DNA of 64,000 nucleotides from an uncultured Pseudomonadota bacterium (GTDB lineage Bacteria; Pseudomonadota; Alphaproteobacteria; RF32; CAG-239): NCBI GenBank assembly GCA_949289935.1, contig CASEQD010000002.1, positions 1,847 to 65,846 of the forward strand, read 5' to 3'. Shown piece by piece: positions 62,718 to 64,000 of this stretch (position 1 is its first letter; each line of letters starts with the position of its first letter). The notes under the pieces were generated by a model. It saw only the letters and a program-made list of their open reading frames with translations, ran no database searches and was not told where the DNA came from. The position numbers and the translations under genes were made by a program.

Positions 62718-63635
62718 GTGGTAAAAAAAGTTTTGGTTTTGAAAGGCGGCTTTTCTGCGGAAAGAGAGGTCAGTCTGATGAGCGGTGCCGGTGTGGAAAA
62801 AGCGCTCAGAAAAAAAGGATATGATGTGGACAGTGTTGATTTTCGGGATGTTAACACTCTGATTGACCTTATTGAAAGAGAAAAACCAGATGTTGTTTTT
62901 AATGCTTTACACGGCAATTGGGGGGAAGACGGAGAAATTCAGGCTTTGTTTGATTTGCTGCAAGTGCCTTATACCCATTCGGGAATGAAAGCTTCGCTTA
63001 CGGGAATGGATAAAGGGTTGACCAGGCTGAAGGCTGAACAATGCGGTATTAAGGTTGCCGAAGCCGAATGTCTGAGTTTTGACGAGTGGAAGAAAAACGG
63101 TGCGAAAATTTCCCTGCCGTATGTTTTGAAGCCGGTTTGCGATGGTTCAAGCGTCGGGGTTTTTATTGTCCGGACGGAAGATGATTTTCGTCGGGTTTGT
63201 TATCCTGAAGGAAATATTTCTCTTTTGTGTGAAAAGTATATAGAAGGAAAAGAACTGACGGCCATGGTTTGGAAAGGGAAGGCTTTTGCGGTTACGGAAC
63301 TTCGTCCGGAAAAGGGTTTTTATGATTATGCCGCCAAATATACCGACGGTATGACCAGACATATTCTGCCGGCGGAAATTTTGGAAGAAACGGCAAAAAC
63401 GGTTATGTCCTATGCCGAAAAAATTCATCAGGCGCTGGGTTGCCGGATGGTGTCGCGTTCGGATTTCCGCTATAATGACCGAGACGGCGTGGTTTTTCTG
63501 GAAATTAATACACATCCGGGACTGACGCCTTTGTCTTTGGTTCCCGAACAGGCAAAATATGCCGGAATTTCTTATGAAGATTTGTGTGCGGAACTGGTGG
63601 AAAACGCTCAATGCAGAAAAAGAAAATCATTGTAA
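62718..63635 (+). CDS. ddl: D-alanine--D-alanine ligase
   Basis: VLKGGFSAEREVSL, HGNWGEDGEIQALFDLLQVPYTHSG, LEINTHPGLT. GTG start. Confidence 0.9.
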   Translation: MVKKVLVLKGGFSAEREVSLMSGAGVEKALRKKGYDVDSVDFRDVNTLIDLIEREKPDVVFNALHGNWGEDGEIQALFDLLQVPYTHSGMKASLTGMDKGLTRLKAEQCGIKVAEAECLSFDEWKKNGAKISLPYVLKPVCDGSSVGVFIVRTEDDFRRVCYPEGNISLLCEKYIEGKELTAMVWKGKAFAVTELRPEKGFYDYAAKYTDGMTRHILPAEILEETAKTVMSYAEKIHQALGCRMVSRSDFRYNDRDGVVFLEINTHPGLTPLSLVPEQAKYAGISYEDLCAELVENAQCRKRKSL

Positions 63636-64000
63636 TCGCCGGGCCGACGGCGTCGGGAAAGTCGCAGCTGGCAATTGATGCCGCTTTGGCTGTCAACGGT
63701 GTGGTGGTGAATGCCGACTCTATGCAGGTTTATAAGGACATGCCGGTTATTTCCGCCTGTCCGACGCCTGCCGACAAAGCTCTGGTTTCCCATCGTTTGT
63801 ATGAAATCTGGGATGCATCAAAAAACGGATCTGTGGTGGAATGGTTATCTTTGGCCGCCGGAGAAATTGAAAAAATTTGTCAGGAAGGTAAAATTCCCAT
63901 TGTTGTCGGCGGAACGGGGTTGTATCTGGATAATCTGATCAACGGAACGACCCCGGTGCCCGAGACAAAACCGGAAATCAGAAAAAAAGTTGAACAGCTG
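63611..64000 (+). CDS. miaA: tRNA dimethylallyltransferase MiaA, N-terminal part; it continues beyond the window
   Basis: IIVIAGPTASGKSQLAIDAA, NADSMQVYKDMPVISACP, VGGTGLYL. It overlaps the ddl 3' end by 25 nt. Confidence 0.85.
   Translation, partial: MQKKKIIVIAGPTASGKSQLAIDAALAVNGVVVNADSMQVYKDMPVISACPTPADKALVSHRLYEIWDASKNGSVVEWLSLAAGEIEKICQEGKIPIVVGGTGLYLDNLINGTTPVPETKPEIRKKVEQL

Noticed and set aside
1-64000. tRNA, rRNA, tmRNA, RNase P or SRP RNA genes in intergenic regions
   Set aside because: I scanned the larger spacers by eye (about 4.4, 9.8, 16.6, 19.5, 24.7, 43.3, 45.1 and 56.3 kb). I saw no cloverleaf-type T-arm (GTTCGAATC-like) or other conserved RNA signatures. A covariance-model scan would be needed for certainty.

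Overview
The window is a coding-dense chromosomal segment with about 65 protein genes. Gene content and synteny look alphaproteobacterial: rimP-nusA-ylxR/L7Ae-infB, rbfA-truB-rpsO-pnp, rpsF-rpsR-rplI, rplY-pth-ychF, leuS-lptE-holA, DUF3576, ATP12 and CarD. pta-ackA hints at a fermentative, possibly host-associated lifestyle. I recognised no rRNA, tRNA, CRISPR array, transposase, integrase or phage gene. Conserved housekeeping blocks are interrupted by small accessory islets, and these hold most of the interest.

1. A family of secreted Cys-rich proteins with DUF1566/Lcl-C-like motifs has three full copies plus shorter relatives. The full copies share an almost identical promoter, 5'UTR and signal-peptide module. 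One copy is switched off by a perfect 16-bp tandem duplication.
2. The paralog loci are associated with a TCAGGGGAGG-type hairpin and direct-repeat motif. One locus looks circularly permuted relative to another, and it also carries a 108-bp hairpin-rich insertion.
3. The normally contiguous nusA-infB-rbfA-truB operon is split by about 9.9 kb. Family members sit at both junctions, and the two junctions share an identical 27-nt terminator/promoter sequence.
4. Six ORFan genes share an AT-rich leader without a Shine-Dalgarno sequence, carrying an AATTATAATT-type dyad.
5. A 944-aa secreted protein has a trypsin-like C-terminal domain in which all three catalytic positions appear substituted.
6. 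A divergent orphan VirD4/TraG-like coupling-protein gene overlaps rarA and follows a pentapeptide-repeat gene that carries a perfect 90-bp duplication.

All family assignments are by-eye motif recognition on the supplied translations. No database search was run.
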